Source: a virus. Taken from it: a stretch of 40,116 bases of DNA. The notes below the pieces were generated by a model that did no database searches, was not told the origin of the DNA, and was given only the letters and a program-made list of their open reading frames with translations. Numbering within the stretch: position 1 is the first letter of the stretch; every line of letters starts with the position of its first letter. The DNA lies in the UHGV virus genome UHGV-1361477; one strand, given 5' to 3'. Below, in pieces: positions 27,971-38,816 of the stretch. Position numbers and translations under genes: made by a program.

Positions 27971-28923
27971 TGGCTGATTCTAATCTCAATGAGCCGGTAA
28001 TCATCCAGGCTACACGGCTAGACACATCAGTCCTTCCACGCAATATCTTCTCGCAGTCATATCTGCTGTACGTTATCGCACAGGGTACTGATGTTGGTAA
28101 CGTGGCGAACAAGGCCAACGAAGCAGGGAAGGGGGCTTATGATGCACAGGTGAAGAATGATGAGCAGGATGTCACCCTTGCAGACCATGAATCCAGAATT
28201 GAAGCTGCTGAAGCAACTCTCATCAATCATGAACATAGAATCGCAGCAGCGGAAAGCACTCTTGCAGATCATGAAACAAGGATTACGGCTGCTGAAACAG
28301 AGCTGGCTGATCACGAGACGCGAATTGCTGCCAATGAATCTGAGTTAGCAAACCATGATGCGCGCATAACTCAGAATACAACCGATATCGACGCACTTGA
28401 TACCAGGCTCACAGCGGCAGAAGGAAGTATTTCGACGCTACAGAGCACAGTTGGTGATCACTCAACAAGAATATCTGCGCTTGAGTATGCCACCACGCGC
28501 AAGAAATCAGAGGTTGTTTACTCAGGAGTATCTGTAACCATCCCGACAGCGCCGACTAACCTTGTTAGCCTGCTGAAAACGCTCACGCCGTCATCCGGCA
28601 CGTTGTCACCATTCTTCGACACCGTTAACAACAAGATGGTTGTGTTCAACGAGAGCAAAACCTTGTTCTTCAAGCTGTCGATTGTCGGGACGTGGCCCAG
28701 CGGAACCACCAACAGGTCAATGCAGCTAACCTTTTCCGGCTCTGTTCCTGACACGTTGGTCAGCAGTCGTAATGCGGCGACAACAACCGACAACATCCTG
28801 TTAGCTACGTTCTTCAGTGTGGATAAAGACGGCTTTCTTGCCACAAATGGCAGCACGTTAACCATTCAGTCAAATGGTGCGGCGTTTACTGCCACAACCA
28901 TCAAAATCATTGCGGAGCAGTGA
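27970..28923 (+). CDS. tail needle protein (gp26-like) with repeat-containing coiled coil and C-terminal knob
   Basis: 317 aa from ATG 27970; five 14-aa repeats ([14 protein letters not shown]); C-terminal beta-rich domain. Confidence 0.65.
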   Translation: MADSNLNEPVIIQATRLDTSVLPRNIFSQSYLLYVIAQGTDVGNVANKANEAGKGAYDAQVKNDEQDVTLADHESRIEAAEATLINHEHRIAAAESTLADHETRITAAETELADHETRIAANESELANHDARITQNTTDIDALDTRLTAAEGSISTLQSTVGDHSTRISALEYATTRKKSEVVYSGVSVTIPTAPTNLVSLLKTLTPSSGTLSPFFDTVNNKMVVFNESKTLFFKLSIVGTWPSGTTNRSMQLTFSGSVPDTLVSSRNAATTTDNILLATFFSVDKDGFLATNGSTLTIQSNGAAFTATTIKIIAEQ

Positions 28924-29390
28924 TGGAAATAAAGCTCATCGATAATCCGGTGAAGCTTGCAGAATTCCTCAACAACCCGGCAAACACGGGAAATATCGTA
29001 GACAGTGGAGACAAATACTACATCAAGCCTGATGCGGTATATCTCGGCATCTACGAAGGATTAGTGCTGGCTGGAGTTCATGAAGTGCGTAACTTCTGGC
29101 ATAGCGTTGTTGAATGCCATGCGGTGTATGACCCCGGATTCCGTGGAGAATATGCACTGCAAGGGCATCGATTATTCTGCAAATGGCTTCTCGAAAACTC
29201 ACCATTCCTTAACAGCATCACCATGGTTCCTGACACCACCAAATACGGACGGGCAATTATCCGTTTGCTTGGCGCTACCCGTGTTGGTCACCTTGATGAT
29301 GCGTACATGAGTAACGGAAAACCGGTTGGAATCACCCTCTATCAATTACCTCGTTCGAAATATGAGGAGCTATTAAATGTTAGTACTTAG
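28920..29390 (+). CDS. head assembly protein (P22 gp14-like)
   Basis: 156 aa; position after needle gene. Confidence 0.5.
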   Translation: MMEIKLIDNPVKLAEFLNNPANTGNIVDSGDKYYIKPDAVYLGIYEGLVLAGVHEVRNFWHSVVECHAVYDPGFRGEYALQGHRLFCKWLLENSPFLNSITMVPDTTKYGRAIIRLLGATRVGHLDDAYMSNGKPVGITLYQLPRSKYEELLNVST

Positions 29391-30036
29391 CGAAAGCTTC
29401 AAGAATAAATTGCTTCCCATGAATGGGTATATGAAAGGCGGCAGCGACTCCGGCTCTAAAGCCCAGGCACGCGCAACTGAAAAGGGCATCGAATTGCAGC
29501 GTGAAATGTGGCAAACGAACATGCAGAACCTTGCGCCGTTCACGCCACTCGCTCAGCAGTACGTATCACAGTTGCAAAATCTTTCCTCTCTACAGGGGCA
29601 AGGTCAGGCGCTTAACCAGTATTACAACTCTCAGCAATATAAAGACCTTGCAGGGCAGGCGCGCTATCAGAGTCTGGCAGCAGCAGAGGCAACGGGTGGA
29701 TTAGGCTCTACAGCAACAGGAAACCAGTTAGCAGCAATCGCACCTACACTCGGTCAAAACTGGCTGTCAGGTCAGATGAACAACTACAACAATCTGGCAA
29801 ATATCGGCCTTGGCGCTCTTACAGGTCAGGCAAACGCCGGGCAGAACTATGCCAACAACGTCAGCCAATTGTATCAACAGCAGGCTGCCGCATCTGCGGC
29901 TAATGCGAATAAACCATCAGGATTTCAGAGCGCCTTGGGTGGAGCGGCAGCAGGTGCAGCTGCAGGTACTGCAATCATGCCTGGTTGGGGTACAGCAATT
30001 GGTGCTGGCGTCGGTCTTCTTGGTTCACTTTTTTAA
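29377..30036 (+). CDS. ejection (DNA transfer) protein, gp7-like
   Basis: 219 aa, Q/N/G/A-rich with glycine-zipper C-terminus; GAGGAG SD. Confidence 0.55.
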   Translation: MLVLSESFKNKLLPMNGYMKGGSDSGSKAQARATEKGIELQREMWQTNMQNLAPFTPLAQQYVSQLQNLSSLQGQGQALNQYYNSQQYKDLAGQARYQSLAAAEATGGLGSTATGNQLAAIAPTLGQNWLSGQMNNYNNLANIGLGALTGQANAGQNYANNVSQLYQQQAAASAANANKPSGFQSALGGAAAGAAAGTAIMPGWGTAIGAGVGLLGSLF

Positions 30037-30048
30037 TGGAGGTGTCTC

Positions 30049-31521
30049 TTGGCTACATGGCAACAGGCTGGTAATTCAGGCGCGCTTCTTGCCGGGTTAG
30101 GCGGCATGAACTCCAACGCTCCAAGAGCAAGTGATGCAGACGCCACGCTTGCATACATTCGACAGAATAACGAGATGGAGCGTTCAGGACGTAATAACGT
30201 TGGCTTGCAGGCTTTGCAGGGCATTTCATCTGTCATGGATATGTATAAGCAGATGGATCAGCAGAAGCGACAGCAAGAGTTTCAGCAGGCTTATGCTGAT
30301 GCATATACATCTGGTGACCGCGATGCAATGCGAAAACTGGCATCACAGTATCCTGAGCAGTTTGACGCTGTAAGAAACGGCATGAAATTTGTCGATGAAG
30401 ACCAGCGTTCCACTGTCGGCACACTGGCAGCAAGTGCCAGACTGGCAGCTTCATCTCCAGAAGCCATGATGTCATGGTTGCAGAACAACTCATCTGAGCT
30501 TACTCGTGCCGGAGTAGACCCTCTGGATGTGGCGAAAATGTATCAGCAAAATCCACAAGGTTTCACAGAGTTTGTTGATCACCTTGGAATGGCTGCTCTT
30601 GGTCCGATTGATTACTTCAATGTTCAGGACAAGATGGCTGGTCGTGAAATTGACCGAGGAAGGCTGGCAGAGACAATCCGCAGCAATCAGGCTGGAGAGG
30701 CGCTTCAGGCGAGAGGGCAGGATATTAGCCGAGCAAATGCGTTAACGTCAGCATATGCACCAACAGCTGCAATGCAGAATTATAATCAGTACGCGCAAAT
30801 GTTAAAGGCGGATCCCGATGGTGCAGCGGCATTTGCGGCAGCGGCGGGAATTAATCCCAATGCTAAGAAATTACTTAAGGTTGAAACCAATCCTGATGGC
30901 TCGGTAACTAAGTATTACACCGATGGCAGCGAGGAAGCCGGAAAACTAAACCAACCTATATCTGGTGATGGCATTAAACCAATTAGCTTGCCACAAGCGC
31001 AAAGCATCATAGATAAGGCTAATGAGGGTTCCAAGAAGGCGGCAGGATTTGCTTTGCGATTAAAAGATTCAATGGACTCAATGAATCAGCTTAGTAAAAG
31101 CATTGACCCTAAGCGAGTTGCATTAATAAATCGCTCTCTTGGTGATGGGACTATTGCAAATTTAAGCCTATCACCAGCGGAGCAGCAATATATGGTAAAT
31201 GCGAGAGACGCCTTGTATGCAATTTTGCGCCCAGAAACAGGTGCAGCAATTACTCTGCCAGAGATGCAGGAGTATTCCAAAATGTACCTGCCTCAGCCCG
31301 GTGATTCCAAGGCTGCTACTGAAACAAAAATGCGAAAAATGCAGGGCCAATATAACTCATTACGTGGTCAGTCTGGTCGCGTTTATGATGCTTTGGTGGT
31401 TTCAAGTGCTGCAAATAGTCAACAACAGAGCAATAGCCAACAACCGGCAAATACCCAACAGCAGCAGAGTCAATCCGGATCATATACCTCAAAATCAGGC
31501 ATTCAATTTACGGTGGAATGA
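30049..31521 (+). CDS. ejection protein, gp20-like
   Basis: 490 aa; TTG start after GGAGGTG; size and position as P22 gp20. Confidence 0.55.
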   Translation: MATWQQAGNSGALLAGLGGMNSNAPRASDADATLAYIRQNNEMERSGRNNVGLQALQGISSVMDMYKQMDQQKRQQEFQQAYADAYTSGDRDAMRKLASQYPEQFDAVRNGMKFVDEDQRSTVGTLAASARLAASSPEAMMSWLQNNSSELTRAGVDPLDVAKMYQQNPQGFTEFVDHLGMAALGPIDYFNVQDKMAGREIDRGRLAETIRSNQAGEALQARGQDISRANALTSAYAPTAAMQNYNQYAQMLKADPDGAAAFAAAAGINPNAKKLLKVETNPDGSVTKYYTDGSEEAGKLNQPISGDGIKPISLPQAQSIIDKANEGSKKAAGFALRLKDSMDSMNQLSKSIDPKRVALINRSLGDGTIANLSLSPAEQQYMVNARDALYAILRPETGAAITLPEMQEYSKMYLPQPGDSKAATETKMRKMQGQYNSLRGQSGRVYDALVVSSAANSQQQSNSQQPANTQQQQSQSGSYTSKSGIQFTVE

Positions 31522-33365
31522 TGAAAGTAACTGCAAACGGTAAGACATTTACCTTCCCTGATGGTACGAGCACGGAAGATATTGGCACCGCCATTGATGA
31601 GTATTTTGCTGGTCAGGCTGTTCAGCAACAAACAGTTAATCAGGCCAATAATGAACCAGCACGTGAAGAACCATCATTGATGCAACAAGCTGGCGATTGG
31701 CTCACAGGTGCTCAAAGTGCAGGGCAAATTGCAGAACAGGCTGGTCGTGGTCTGGTAAACATACCATTTGACGTATTGCAGGGTGGCGCAAGTCTGATTA
31801 ATGCAATCAGCCAGGGGCTTGGTGGCCCCAAGGTTTTGGATGATGTTTATCGCCCTGTCGATCGACCGACAGACCCTTATGCGCAAGCTGGAGAAACAAT
31901 TGGCGGGTATTTAGTTCCAGGAGTTGGAACGGCAGGAAGCATGGCTATTGGATCACTGGCAGAAGCCGCAAACCAGAAAGGTGATTTCGCGCAAAATGCA
32001 GCCATAAATGCCGGAGTTAACCTTGCCGCTCAGGGTGTTCTTTCCGCAGCAGCAAAGGGAATAGGGCGTGGAATAACGGCTATAAAAGGCGATATCGCGC
32101 CAGAAGTAGCGAAAAAAATTGCCACCTCAGAATCAATGGGTGTGACGCCAATGACATCTGATGTCATCCCACCGAAAAATGCTTTCACTCGTGGCCTTAC
32201 TCAGGATGCCGAGGGGGCTTTGCTCGGGACAGGCTCAAAGCGAGCTGAGCAATATGCAACGCGTAGTAAGCTGGTAAGTAATTATTTTGACCGTTTTGGT
32301 GAGTACAACCCTGATGATGTGGTGAAATCTCTGACCACCACGTTAAGGGGGCGGAAGGATGCCGCTGGCGCTGTTATCAATGACGTCACCAATAAAATGG
32401 GTAATGCCTCAGTTGATACCACAAATACCATGAATGCTCTGAATACAGCGATCGCAAGACAGGAACGGCTTGGGACATCTGCCAATCAAAGCCTGCTTAC
32501 ATCCTTGCGTAACCTACGTGAAGAATTAGCAAACCCTGCAACTGATTTGGATGTTACGTTTGATCTCTTGCGTCAGCACAGAACAGCATTTAGATCTAAT
32601 GTTCAGGGAGATGCTATGGTCTTCCCCAACCAGGCAAAAGCAGCTACCAATATGGTAGAGAATGCAATGTCAAAAGACCTTCGTAACGCAGTTGCTAAAA
32701 ACCTCGGTGCATCAGACGCAGCAAAATACCTTAAAGCAAATTCCGATTATGCAAACGTTTATAATAAGGTGCTTAATAAAAACATTGCTAACAAGCTCAA
32801 CAAGGCAAGCAGTGAAGCCAGTCCTGAACTTATAAATACCGTTGTATTAAGCAGAAAACCATCTGACGTGAAACGAATCTGGAGCGCATTGGATGATAAA
32901 GGGAAAGATGCTATGCGTGCAGCTTACGTCAGCAAAATAGCGGAAAAATCCGGTGACTCTCCAGCCAAGTTCATCACTGAAGTTAATAAGCTGAAATCTC
33001 AGTCAGGCGGTGAAATTTACAACACTATTTTTTCTGGAAAGCACATGAAAGAGCTTGATGCTCTTCATGAAGTTCTACAGCAAACAGCAAGGTCAGACAC
33101 CGCAAATGTAGTAACTCAGACGGGGCAATCGCAAGCCAACAGGATAAGGACGATTGGCGCAACTGCGACTCTTGGCGTATCAATGGGGCTTGAGGCTGGT
33201 TTCGGTGCAATGATGCGCTTGTATGAGTCCAAAGCAGCAAGGAATGCTCTCTTACGTTTGGCAAACACCAAAGCAGGAACGCCAGCCTATGAAAGAGCGC
33301 TAAATAATGCTGCAAATGCGATACGCCCTATACTTTCAAGCCAAATTACAGCAGAACAGCAATAA
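31518..33365 (+). CDS. ejection protein, gp16-like
   Basis: 615 aa; size and position as P22 gp16. Confidence 0.6.
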   Translation: MMKVTANGKTFTFPDGTSTEDIGTAIDEYFAGQAVQQQTVNQANNEPAREEPSLMQQAGDWLTGAQSAGQIAEQAGRGLVNIPFDVLQGGASLINAISQGLGGPKVLDDVYRPVDRPTDPYAQAGETIGGYLVPGVGTAGSMAIGSLAEAANQKGDFAQNAAINAGVNLAAQGVLSAAAKGIGRGITAIKGDIAPEVAKKIATSESMGVTPMTSDVIPPKNAFTRGLTQDAEGALLGTGSKRAEQYATRSKLVSNYFDRFGEYNPDDVVKSLTTTLRGRKDAAGAVINDVTNKMGNASVDTTNTMNALNTAIARQERLGTSANQSLLTSLRNLREELANPATDLDVTFDLLRQHRTAFRSNVQGDAMVFPNQAKAATNMVENAMSKDLRNAVAKNLGASDAAKYLKANSDYANVYNKVLNKNIANKLNKASSEASPELINTVVLSRKPSDVKRIWSALDDKGKDAMRAAYVSKIAEKSGDSPAKFITEVNKLKSQSGGEIYNTIFSGKHMKELDALHEVLQQTARSDTANVVTQTGQSQANRIRTIGATATLGVSMGLEAGFGAMMRLYESKAARNALLRLANTKAGTPAYERALNNAANAIRPILSSQITAEQQ

Positions 33366-33379
33366 AAGATAAGATATAA

Positions 33380-33865
33380 CTACCTGATATTACTGCTACT
33401 GTTGCATGTTACCGTGTTTCCAAATCCTGAATTGCAGTTTGTATATGTGTCAACGCGTGTTGGGTAAGGTTGAGTTATAACAGGCTGGCGCGCTTTTTGC
33501 TCGATCGCTTGCATTGTGTTTACAGCCTGATAATTCAATAAAGCCTGCTGGAATGCTTGGCTTTGCGCTATTTGTTGGGCTTGTTCTTGGCTTTGTAATT
33601 GAACATAAAGATTCTGAAGTTCAAGTCTTGCCTGTGTGTCACTTATCTTGCCTTCATCGACACCTTGCCCGAGCATCTTCGCAGCAAGGACATACAGCTT
33701 AGGTGTTGGTGCTGATGCCATGCGAGAGTCGTTCTTCAAGCTGGCATCAAGGCAATTAGCCATATCGCTAAGCTTTGGATAGCGTTGCTCGCAACTTGCC
33801 TGATAGTCGCTTACTTTTGCGCACCCAGCCAGCAGAAGCGGGATAATTAACAGTGATTTTTTCAT
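33380..33865 (-). CDS. lipoprotein (signal peptide + lipobox LLAGC), candidate superinfection-exclusion moron
   Basis: 161 aa from ATG 33865 with AAGGAGAG SD; MKKSLLIIPLLLAGC; Q-rich coiled coil; at P22 sieA position. Confidence 0.7.
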   Translation of the reverse strand: MKKSLLIIPLLLAGCAKVSDYQASCEQRYPKLSDMANCLDASLKNDSRMASAPTPKLYVLAAKMLGQGVDEGKISDTQARLELQNLYVQLQSQEQAQQIAQSQAFQQALLNYQAVNTMQAIEQKARQPVITQPYPTRVDTYTNCNSGFGNTVTCNSSSNIR

Positions 33866-33899
33866 ATAATTAACTCTCCTTAGTTTTGCGCAGGATACC

Positions 33900-34265
33900 A
33901 TGAAAAAAGTTAACATTGGAAACGTACCAAAGATGCTAGTACCGCTCTTTGAGAGCGGTACAATTGTGTTTTGTAGAGACTTTCCAGAATGGCAACGCCT
34001 GCATCAAAAACTTGGCGTTGACGTGCATGACTCGGACGCCAACGGAGCGTCTCATACAATGAGTAGCGAGAATGGTGTTTTGCATGTGATAGGCGTGTTC
34101 AATGGCAAACTATCTACTATTGCCCATGAGTGCGCTCACATGGCATTCGATATCTGCTCAAGGGTCGGTGTTGATGTTGAACCAGGAAGAGCCAACGAGA
34201 CTTACTGCTACTTAATGAGCAGGCTTGTTGAGTTCTGCGAGCGACATATCAAAAAGCCGGAGTGA
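33900..34265 (+). CDS. hypothetical protein with HEXXH motif (putative small zinc-metallopeptidase-like)
   Basis: 121 aa filling the gap between neighbours exactly; HECAH motif with acidic residues about 20 aa downstream. Confidence 0.5.
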   Translation: MKKVNIGNVPKMLVPLFESGTIVFCRDFPEWQRLHQKLGVDVHDSDANGASHTMSSENGVLHVIGVFNGKLSTIAHECAHMAFDICSRVGVDVEPGRANETYCYLMSRLVEFCERHIKKPE

Positions 34266-34272
34266 TCCGGCT
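34252..34272. terminator. bidirectional terminator hairpin between convergent genes
   Basis: AGCCGGA-gtga-TCCGGCT; on minus strand followed by TTTTTG. Confidence 0.5.
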
Positions 34273-34278
34273 TGATTA

Positions 34279-34458
34279 TTACTTTTTGCTGTCTGGAGTT
34301 CGCTTATCTAATACCCAGCCATGACCTGGCTTTGTTGTTGGTGGAAGCCTTTCGTTGTCCTTGACGGTGGCAAAATTGTCTTTCTTACCGCCGCGCGGGC
34401 CAACTTCTTGGTATATTCCGCCGTTTTTTCCTGTGTTTTCACCTGGTTTTTTCGCCAT
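34279..34458 (-). CDS. YjzC-like small protein
   Basis: 59 aa from ATG 34458 with GAGG SD; GIYQEVGPRGG...LPPTTKPGHGW pattern recalled as YjzC-like family. Confidence 0.45.
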   Translation of the reverse strand: MAKKPGENTGKNGGIYQEVGPRGGKKDNFATVKDNERLPPTTKPGHGWVLDKRTPDSKK

Positions 34459-34548
34459 GATATACCTCAACATACACCCGTTATTGGGCGATTAAATATT
34501 GATCTCATTTTATAAGTAGTCAATATGGCCCAGGTAAATGCAAAAATT

Positions 34549-34572
34549 AACCCACCGTCAGGTGGGTTTTTT
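34549..34572. terminator. hairpin with T-runs on both sides overlapping mnt stop
   Basis: ACCCACC-gtca-GGTGGGT followed by TTTTTTG on plus strand. Confidence 0.45.
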
Positions 34573-34809
34573 GTACAAATCCTTCAGCGTATCAAACACC
34601 ATCTTCTTAACAAGTTCGGACTGCTCATCAGCGATGCGTTCCGCATCGTCTCGATAGCCTGAAATTTTGGATGGCTTTGATACAGCATCAGTAACTATCT
34701 GAACTAATTCTGAATTAAGAGAGCGGCCATTGGATTTGGCTCGCTGTTTTAGTTTTTCCTTTAATTCGTAAGGTAGCCGCAGATTAAATTGCGGGTCATC
34801 TCTTCCCAT
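34558..34809 (-). CDS. mnt: Mnt repressor (ribbon-helix-helix, Arc/Mnt family)
   Basis: 83 aa MGRDDPQFNLRLPYELKEKLKQRAKSNGRSLNSEL...KKMVFDTLKDLYKKPT matches P22 Mnt by recall. Confidence 0.85.
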   Translation of the reverse strand: MGRDDPQFNLRLPYELKEKLKQRAKSNGRSLNSELVQIVTDAVSKPSKISGYRDDAERIADEQSELVKKMVFDTLKDLYKKPT

Positions 34810-34872
34810 TCTTGATGCCTCGCTTTTGTGAGTGGATCGGCATCTTATTATCTGCTGGTTGCATCCTCAATA

Positions 34873-34887
34873 AGACCACAGTGGTCT
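34873..34887. promoter_or_regulatory. Mnt operator-like palindrome
   Basis: Perfect palindrome AGACCACAGTGGTCT; compare P22 Omnt AGGTCCACGGTGGACCT (recalled). Confidence 0.6.
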
Positions 34888-34955
34888 CTTTGTTTGATTA
34901 ATAATGCATCACTGTGGCAATGCTGCGGCGATTCCTTGTATCTGGAGCAAATTAA

Positions 34956-36392
34956 ATGACAGACATTACAGCCAATGTTGTAGTCAGCATGCCTTCGCAA
35001 CTCTTCACTATGGCTCGTTCTTTTAAAGCCGTAGCTAATGGAAAGATTTATATCGGTAAAATTGACACTGACCCAGTAAATCCTGAAAACCAGATTCAGG
35101 TTTATGTAGAGAACGAAGACGGCTCTCATGTTCCCGTTTCGCAACCAATCATCATTAACGCCGCTGGTTACCCTGTATATAACGGACAGATTGCCAAATT
35201 CGTAACTGAGCAAGGCCATTCTATGGCTGTTTATGATGCGTATGGTGCACAGCAGTTCAAATTCCCAAATGTGCTGAAGTATGACCCGGATCAGTTAAGA
35301 GTAGTTTTGACTGGACAGTCTGGTGATGGACTTAAGAATTTTTATGCTGGCTCAGGATGGACTGGTTCAGATGCAGCTGGTGACAATATTTATAACAATG
35401 AAACTATCATATATAAAAATGCTACACGACAGAGATTCTCCATACCAGAAACACCAATTCCAGATCCCATTATTTGGCTGGAAAAAATTAGTTCTGCAAC
35501 TAGGGATGACGGCATCAAACGATGGGATCAGGGGGTAATTTATAACTCTTTGCGCAAGGTGTCAGGAAGTGCATATACATGCACAACTACAAGTGTTGCT
35601 AAGCATGAGGGAGGGAATGGGCATTCAATTGGTCACCACATGCGTGGAGAATCAAGAAATCCGCAAGCCGAAACATGGGGGGGGTGGTCATATGGTGCAG
35701 TATTAGGAGATGCAGTGCAGAATGGAGCGATTAGCACTATTGCACATGAATTTAATCTGAATAATCGAGGTCCCGATAAAGGATGGATGGAGAATGCACT
35801 GCAAGGATCTGTAAGAGGGTTGGTATGTGTAACTCAGGATAAAAGCAATCCAGTAACACAGATGATTACCATCGGAAGAGGGAGTGAAGCTCCAAATGGT
35901 TATATCTGGACAGGAATGTTGTTTAGAGGTAATTCTATTTCCACTCCAACAGAGGAACTAACCGAGGTAGGTAATGGCGAATACATCAGACTTGAGGGAT
36001 CTCTATCATCTGGAGCTGCAAACGGCATTAGATTTAGAACAAATTATTTTAGGAGTGGAATTTCATTTTCTGAAGCTAGATTTTCAAACAACTGCGCAAT
36101 TTTGATGGGCGACAATCAACGAATTACGGTAGGAACGGGCCCGGCAAATACAACACATTTGAGTTTCAACAGGGCTGAGAACTGGGCTAACTTCAACAAC
36201 TTAAGAATACGACTTAATGGCAATCAAGTTATTTCAGAGAGGAGGACGGGATGGGGATCGCCAACCGGCACCGTATCCCGAGCAGCATTTAACTCTGGAA
36301 CAATAACTCACGAAGATTTAGCAAAGGTAGTTGCAGCATTAATTCAGGACTTACATGCTTCAACCGGGCATGGATTAATTGGTTTAACTTAA
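34956..36392 (+). CDS. tailspike / receptor-binding protein with P22-like N-terminal head-binding domain
   Basis: 478 aa; first about 115 aa ([17 protein letters not shown]...LKYDPDQL) match P22 gp9 N-terminus; remainder unrelated and shorter than known tailspikes. Confidence 0.8.
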   Translation: MTDITANVVVSMPSQLFTMARSFKAVANGKIYIGKIDTDPVNPENQIQVYVENEDGSHVPVSQPIIINAAGYPVYNGQIAKFVTEQGHSMAVYDAYGAQQFKFPNVLKYDPDQLRVVLTGQSGDGLKNFYAGSGWTGSDAAGDNIYNNETIIYKNATRQRFSIPETPIPDPIIWLEKISSATRDDGIKRWDQGVIYNSLRKVSGSAYTCTTTSVAKHEGGNGHSIGHHMRGESRNPQAETWGGWSYGAVLGDAVQNGAISTIAHEFNLNNRGPDKGWMENALQGSVRGLVCVTQDKSNPVTQMITIGRGSEAPNGYIWTGMLFRGNSISTPTEELTEVGNGEYIRLEGSLSSGAANGIRFRTNYFRSGISFSEARFSNNCAILMGDNQRITVGTGPANTTHLSFNRAENWANFNNLRIRLNGNQVISERRTGWGSPTGTVSRAAFNSGTITHEDLAKVVAALIQDLHASTGHGLIGLT

Positions 36393-36404
36393 CAGGACAA
36401 TAAA

Positions 36405-36590
36405 ATGGATAAGCAAACTATTCAAAATATCATGCAGTTTATGCTTCGCGTAAATCTTAGCGGTCATGAAGTTCCTGCTTTTAATTCTTCAATGAATGCA
36501 TTACAGGCTGAATTAGATCGCGAAAATGACCAGCCACTCCAGCGAGTACTAAATGCTGCTCACAATGAACCTGTTACGGAGAATGATTAA
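36405..36590 (+). CDS. hypothetical small protein (61 aa)
   Basis: ORF with AGGA SD immediately after tailspike. Confidence 0.45.
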   Translation: MDKQTIQNIMQFMLRVNLSGHEVPAFNSSMNALQAELDRENDQPLQRVLNAAHNEPVTEND

Positions 36591-36591
36591 A

Positions 36592-36798
36592 ATGAAAACA
36601 GAAAGCGGTGCTTTCAAATTTGACGGTGGAGAGGTTAAAGGAATTAACAGCATTGCCATTATTGAGGTGCGCGGTAACGGGTGGGGCGCTGGTTTTTATT
36701 TTAAGCCAAATACTGCCGTTAAAGTCGATGGTAATAAGCCTGATCTGAACGAGTTTCGTGATTCCTGCGCATTGTCGGTAATGACTCCAACTTACTGA
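36592..36798 (+). CDS. hypothetical small protein, 3' end runs into IS1 terminal repeat
   Basis: 68 aa; last 7 codons are encoded by the IS1-end fragment starting at 36777. Confidence 0.45.
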   Translation: MKTESGAFKFDGGEVKGINSIAIIEVRGNGWGAGFYFKPNTAVKVDGNKPDLNEFRDSCALSVMTPTY

Positions 36799-36905
36799 TA
36801 GTGTTTTATATTCAGATAATGCCCGATGACTTTGTCATGCAGCTCCACCGATTTTGAGAACGACAGCGACTTCCGTCCCAGCCGTGCACCAGGCTGGTTC
36901 AGAAT
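36777..36905. mobile_element. IS1 terminal fragment (about 125 bp of one end, remainder absent)
   Basis: GGTAATGACTCCAACTTACTGATAGTGTTTTAT...CCGTCCCAGCCGTGC matches recalled IS1 inverted-repeat end; match is lost after about 36905. Confidence 0.6.
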
Positions 36906-37329
36906 CATGTTCTGCTGATTTTGTCCGGCGGCAGAACGCAATTTGCCAGAGTGATGGGAAGGGCATTAATCACGGATGATGGTGAAGCGATCGAAGTGGA
37001 GGCGGCGGAAGAGGTGGAGGTGATGTGGCGTGTTACGTACTTCATCAACAGCGCGCTGCAGGATGGCGTGGTGGTGTGATGGGTGGCATTACCCCACCTT
37101 TTCATCAATCCAGTCCGCCCACCACTGCAGCATGTCTCTGCATTTATCGTAGTTGATGCATCACTATCACCCTGTAATGGCTTATTACTGGTTTGCATAC
37201 AGGTAGGCATGAACAGATACCTACACATGAAGATGGAACTAGTCCGGATGCGATATTTTTGGTGATCACGTACATCATCAACGAAGCGCGTTATGTTGAG
37301 TTTTATGACTGCCAAGTAATGTGAAAATT

Positions 37330-37637
37330 GCGATGCGTACCAAATTGTGTACCAAATTAAAATCATAAACCATGAAACCCTTACTCATGGCTGTTCTCAG
37401 GCTGGGTGCGTGTAATCGTGAAAGAGGAAGGTAGGTTGTTTATCTGTGTCTGTCATTGTCTAGCATTGTCCACTGTAGTTAATTAACTGTCTGTTATAAC
37501 TCGAAAAACAACCATTTTTTCACCTGAGTATGTCTACGAACGTCAAATATAGTTGTTTACTGTGCGCTGTTGTCCATGTGATATTGTGTACCAGATGTGT
37601 ACCAAACTATTATTTCTGAGCGTACCAAATATTATTT
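37330..37637. promoter_or_regulatory. putative attP region with arm-type repeat motifs
   Basis: GTACCAAA repeated (37334-37357 twice; 37586-37606 twice; 37620-37630) and CATTGTC repeats at 37452-37470; upstream of int. Confidence 0.4.
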
Positions 37638-38816
37638 ATGGCTATAAGCGACACAAAACTGCGTACTATTTATGGTAAACCATATTCGGGCCCACAAGAA
37701 GTGGCTGATGCCGATGGCCTCAGCGTACGAATTTCACCGAAGGGGGTCATCCAGTTCCAGTACCGCTATCGCTGGCATGGCAAGCCTAATCGACTTGGGC
37801 TTGGTCGATACCCATCCCTGTCTTTGAAGGATGCCAGACAGATCACTGCTGACTTGCGAAAGCTCTATTTCTCAGGAACGGATCCACGCACCTATTTTGA
37901 AGAGAAGGTGGAGAACTCCATGACGGTCGCCCAGTGTCTCGACTACTGGTTCGACAACTACGTCTCTACAACTCTCAGAGAAAAGACCCAGGCACTTTAC
38001 CGATCAACGGTTATGAAGCGCATGCATGACGCCTTTCCTAATCGTCCGGCATCTTCTATCACGGTTAAGCAATGGGTTGACCTGCTTACCGAAGAAGAAA
38101 GAGATAATCCACGCCGAGCAAGGCAGGTGCTAAGTCAACTAAGATCAGCAATAAGTTGGTGCATGCGGCGTCAGTTGATAGATAGTTGCGCAATTATGAG
38201 CATCCAACCAAGGGACTTCGGCTCCCGCGCTGAGGTAGGGGATCGGGTACTGTCGTATCACGAACTGGCTAAGATTTGGCTTGCTATTGAAAGAAGCCGT
38301 GCGTCTACGTCAAATAAGCTCCTTCATCAGATGCTTATGCTGTGGGGGGCGAGGCTCTCAGAGCTTAGGCTGGCAACAAAGACAGAATTTGACCTGCTGG
38401 ACAACGTATGGACCGTACCGAAAGAGCATAGCAAGATGGGTAATGTTATCCGCCGTCCAATCTTCGAACAAATTAAGCCTTTTCTCGAAAAAGCCATGAC
38501 AACGTACAATGATGTTCTTTTCCCTGGAGAAGACATAAACAAACCGATCAGCATCGCTGCAGCCAACCGATTCGTAAATAGAATAAGGGGAGGGATGGAT
38601 CTGGGTTACTGGCGAACACATGATTTCAGAAGAACGCTTGTTACACGTCTGTCCGAGATGAATGTCGAGCCTCATGTTACTGAGCGAATGCTCGGTCATG
38701 AACTTGGCGGGATAATGTCAGTATACAATAAACACGACTGGATAGAGGCTCAGCGCAAAGCGTATGAGCTTCACGCTGATAAATTGTTCTGGCACATCAG
38801 GAGCATTTCTGATTAA
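37638..38816 (+). CDS. int: tyrosine integrase (phage integrase family, P4-like arm-binding N-terminus)
   Basis: 392 aa; catalytic signature HDFRRT...LGH...VYNKHD; N-terminal arm-binding domain. Confidence 0.9.
   Translation: MAISDTKLRTIYGKPYSGPQEVADADGLSVRISPKGVIQFQYRYRWHGKPNRLGLGRYPSLSLKDARQITADLRKLYFSGTDPRTYFEEKVENSMTVAQCLDYWFDNYVSTTLREKTQALYRSTVMKRMHDAFPNRPASSITVKQWVDLLTEEERDNPRRARQVLSQLRSAISWCMRRQLIDSCAIMSIQPRDFGSRAEVGDRVLSYHELAKIWLAIERSRASTSNKLLHQMLMLWGARLSELRLATKTEFDLLDNVWTVPKEHSKMGNVIRRPIFEQIKPFLEKAMTTYNDVLFPGEDINKPISIAAANRFVNRIRGGMDLGYWRTHDFRRTLVTRLSEMNVEPHVTERMLGHELGGIMSVYNKHDWIEAQRKAYELHADKLFWHIRSISD

Noticed and set aside
36777-37366. Complete IS1 element and the 153-aa minus-strand ORF 36905-37366
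   Set aside because: Only about 125 bp of an IS1 terminus matches; there is no InsA/InsB reading frame; the 153-aa ORF is low-complexity, lacks an SD and lies in apparently decayed sequence.
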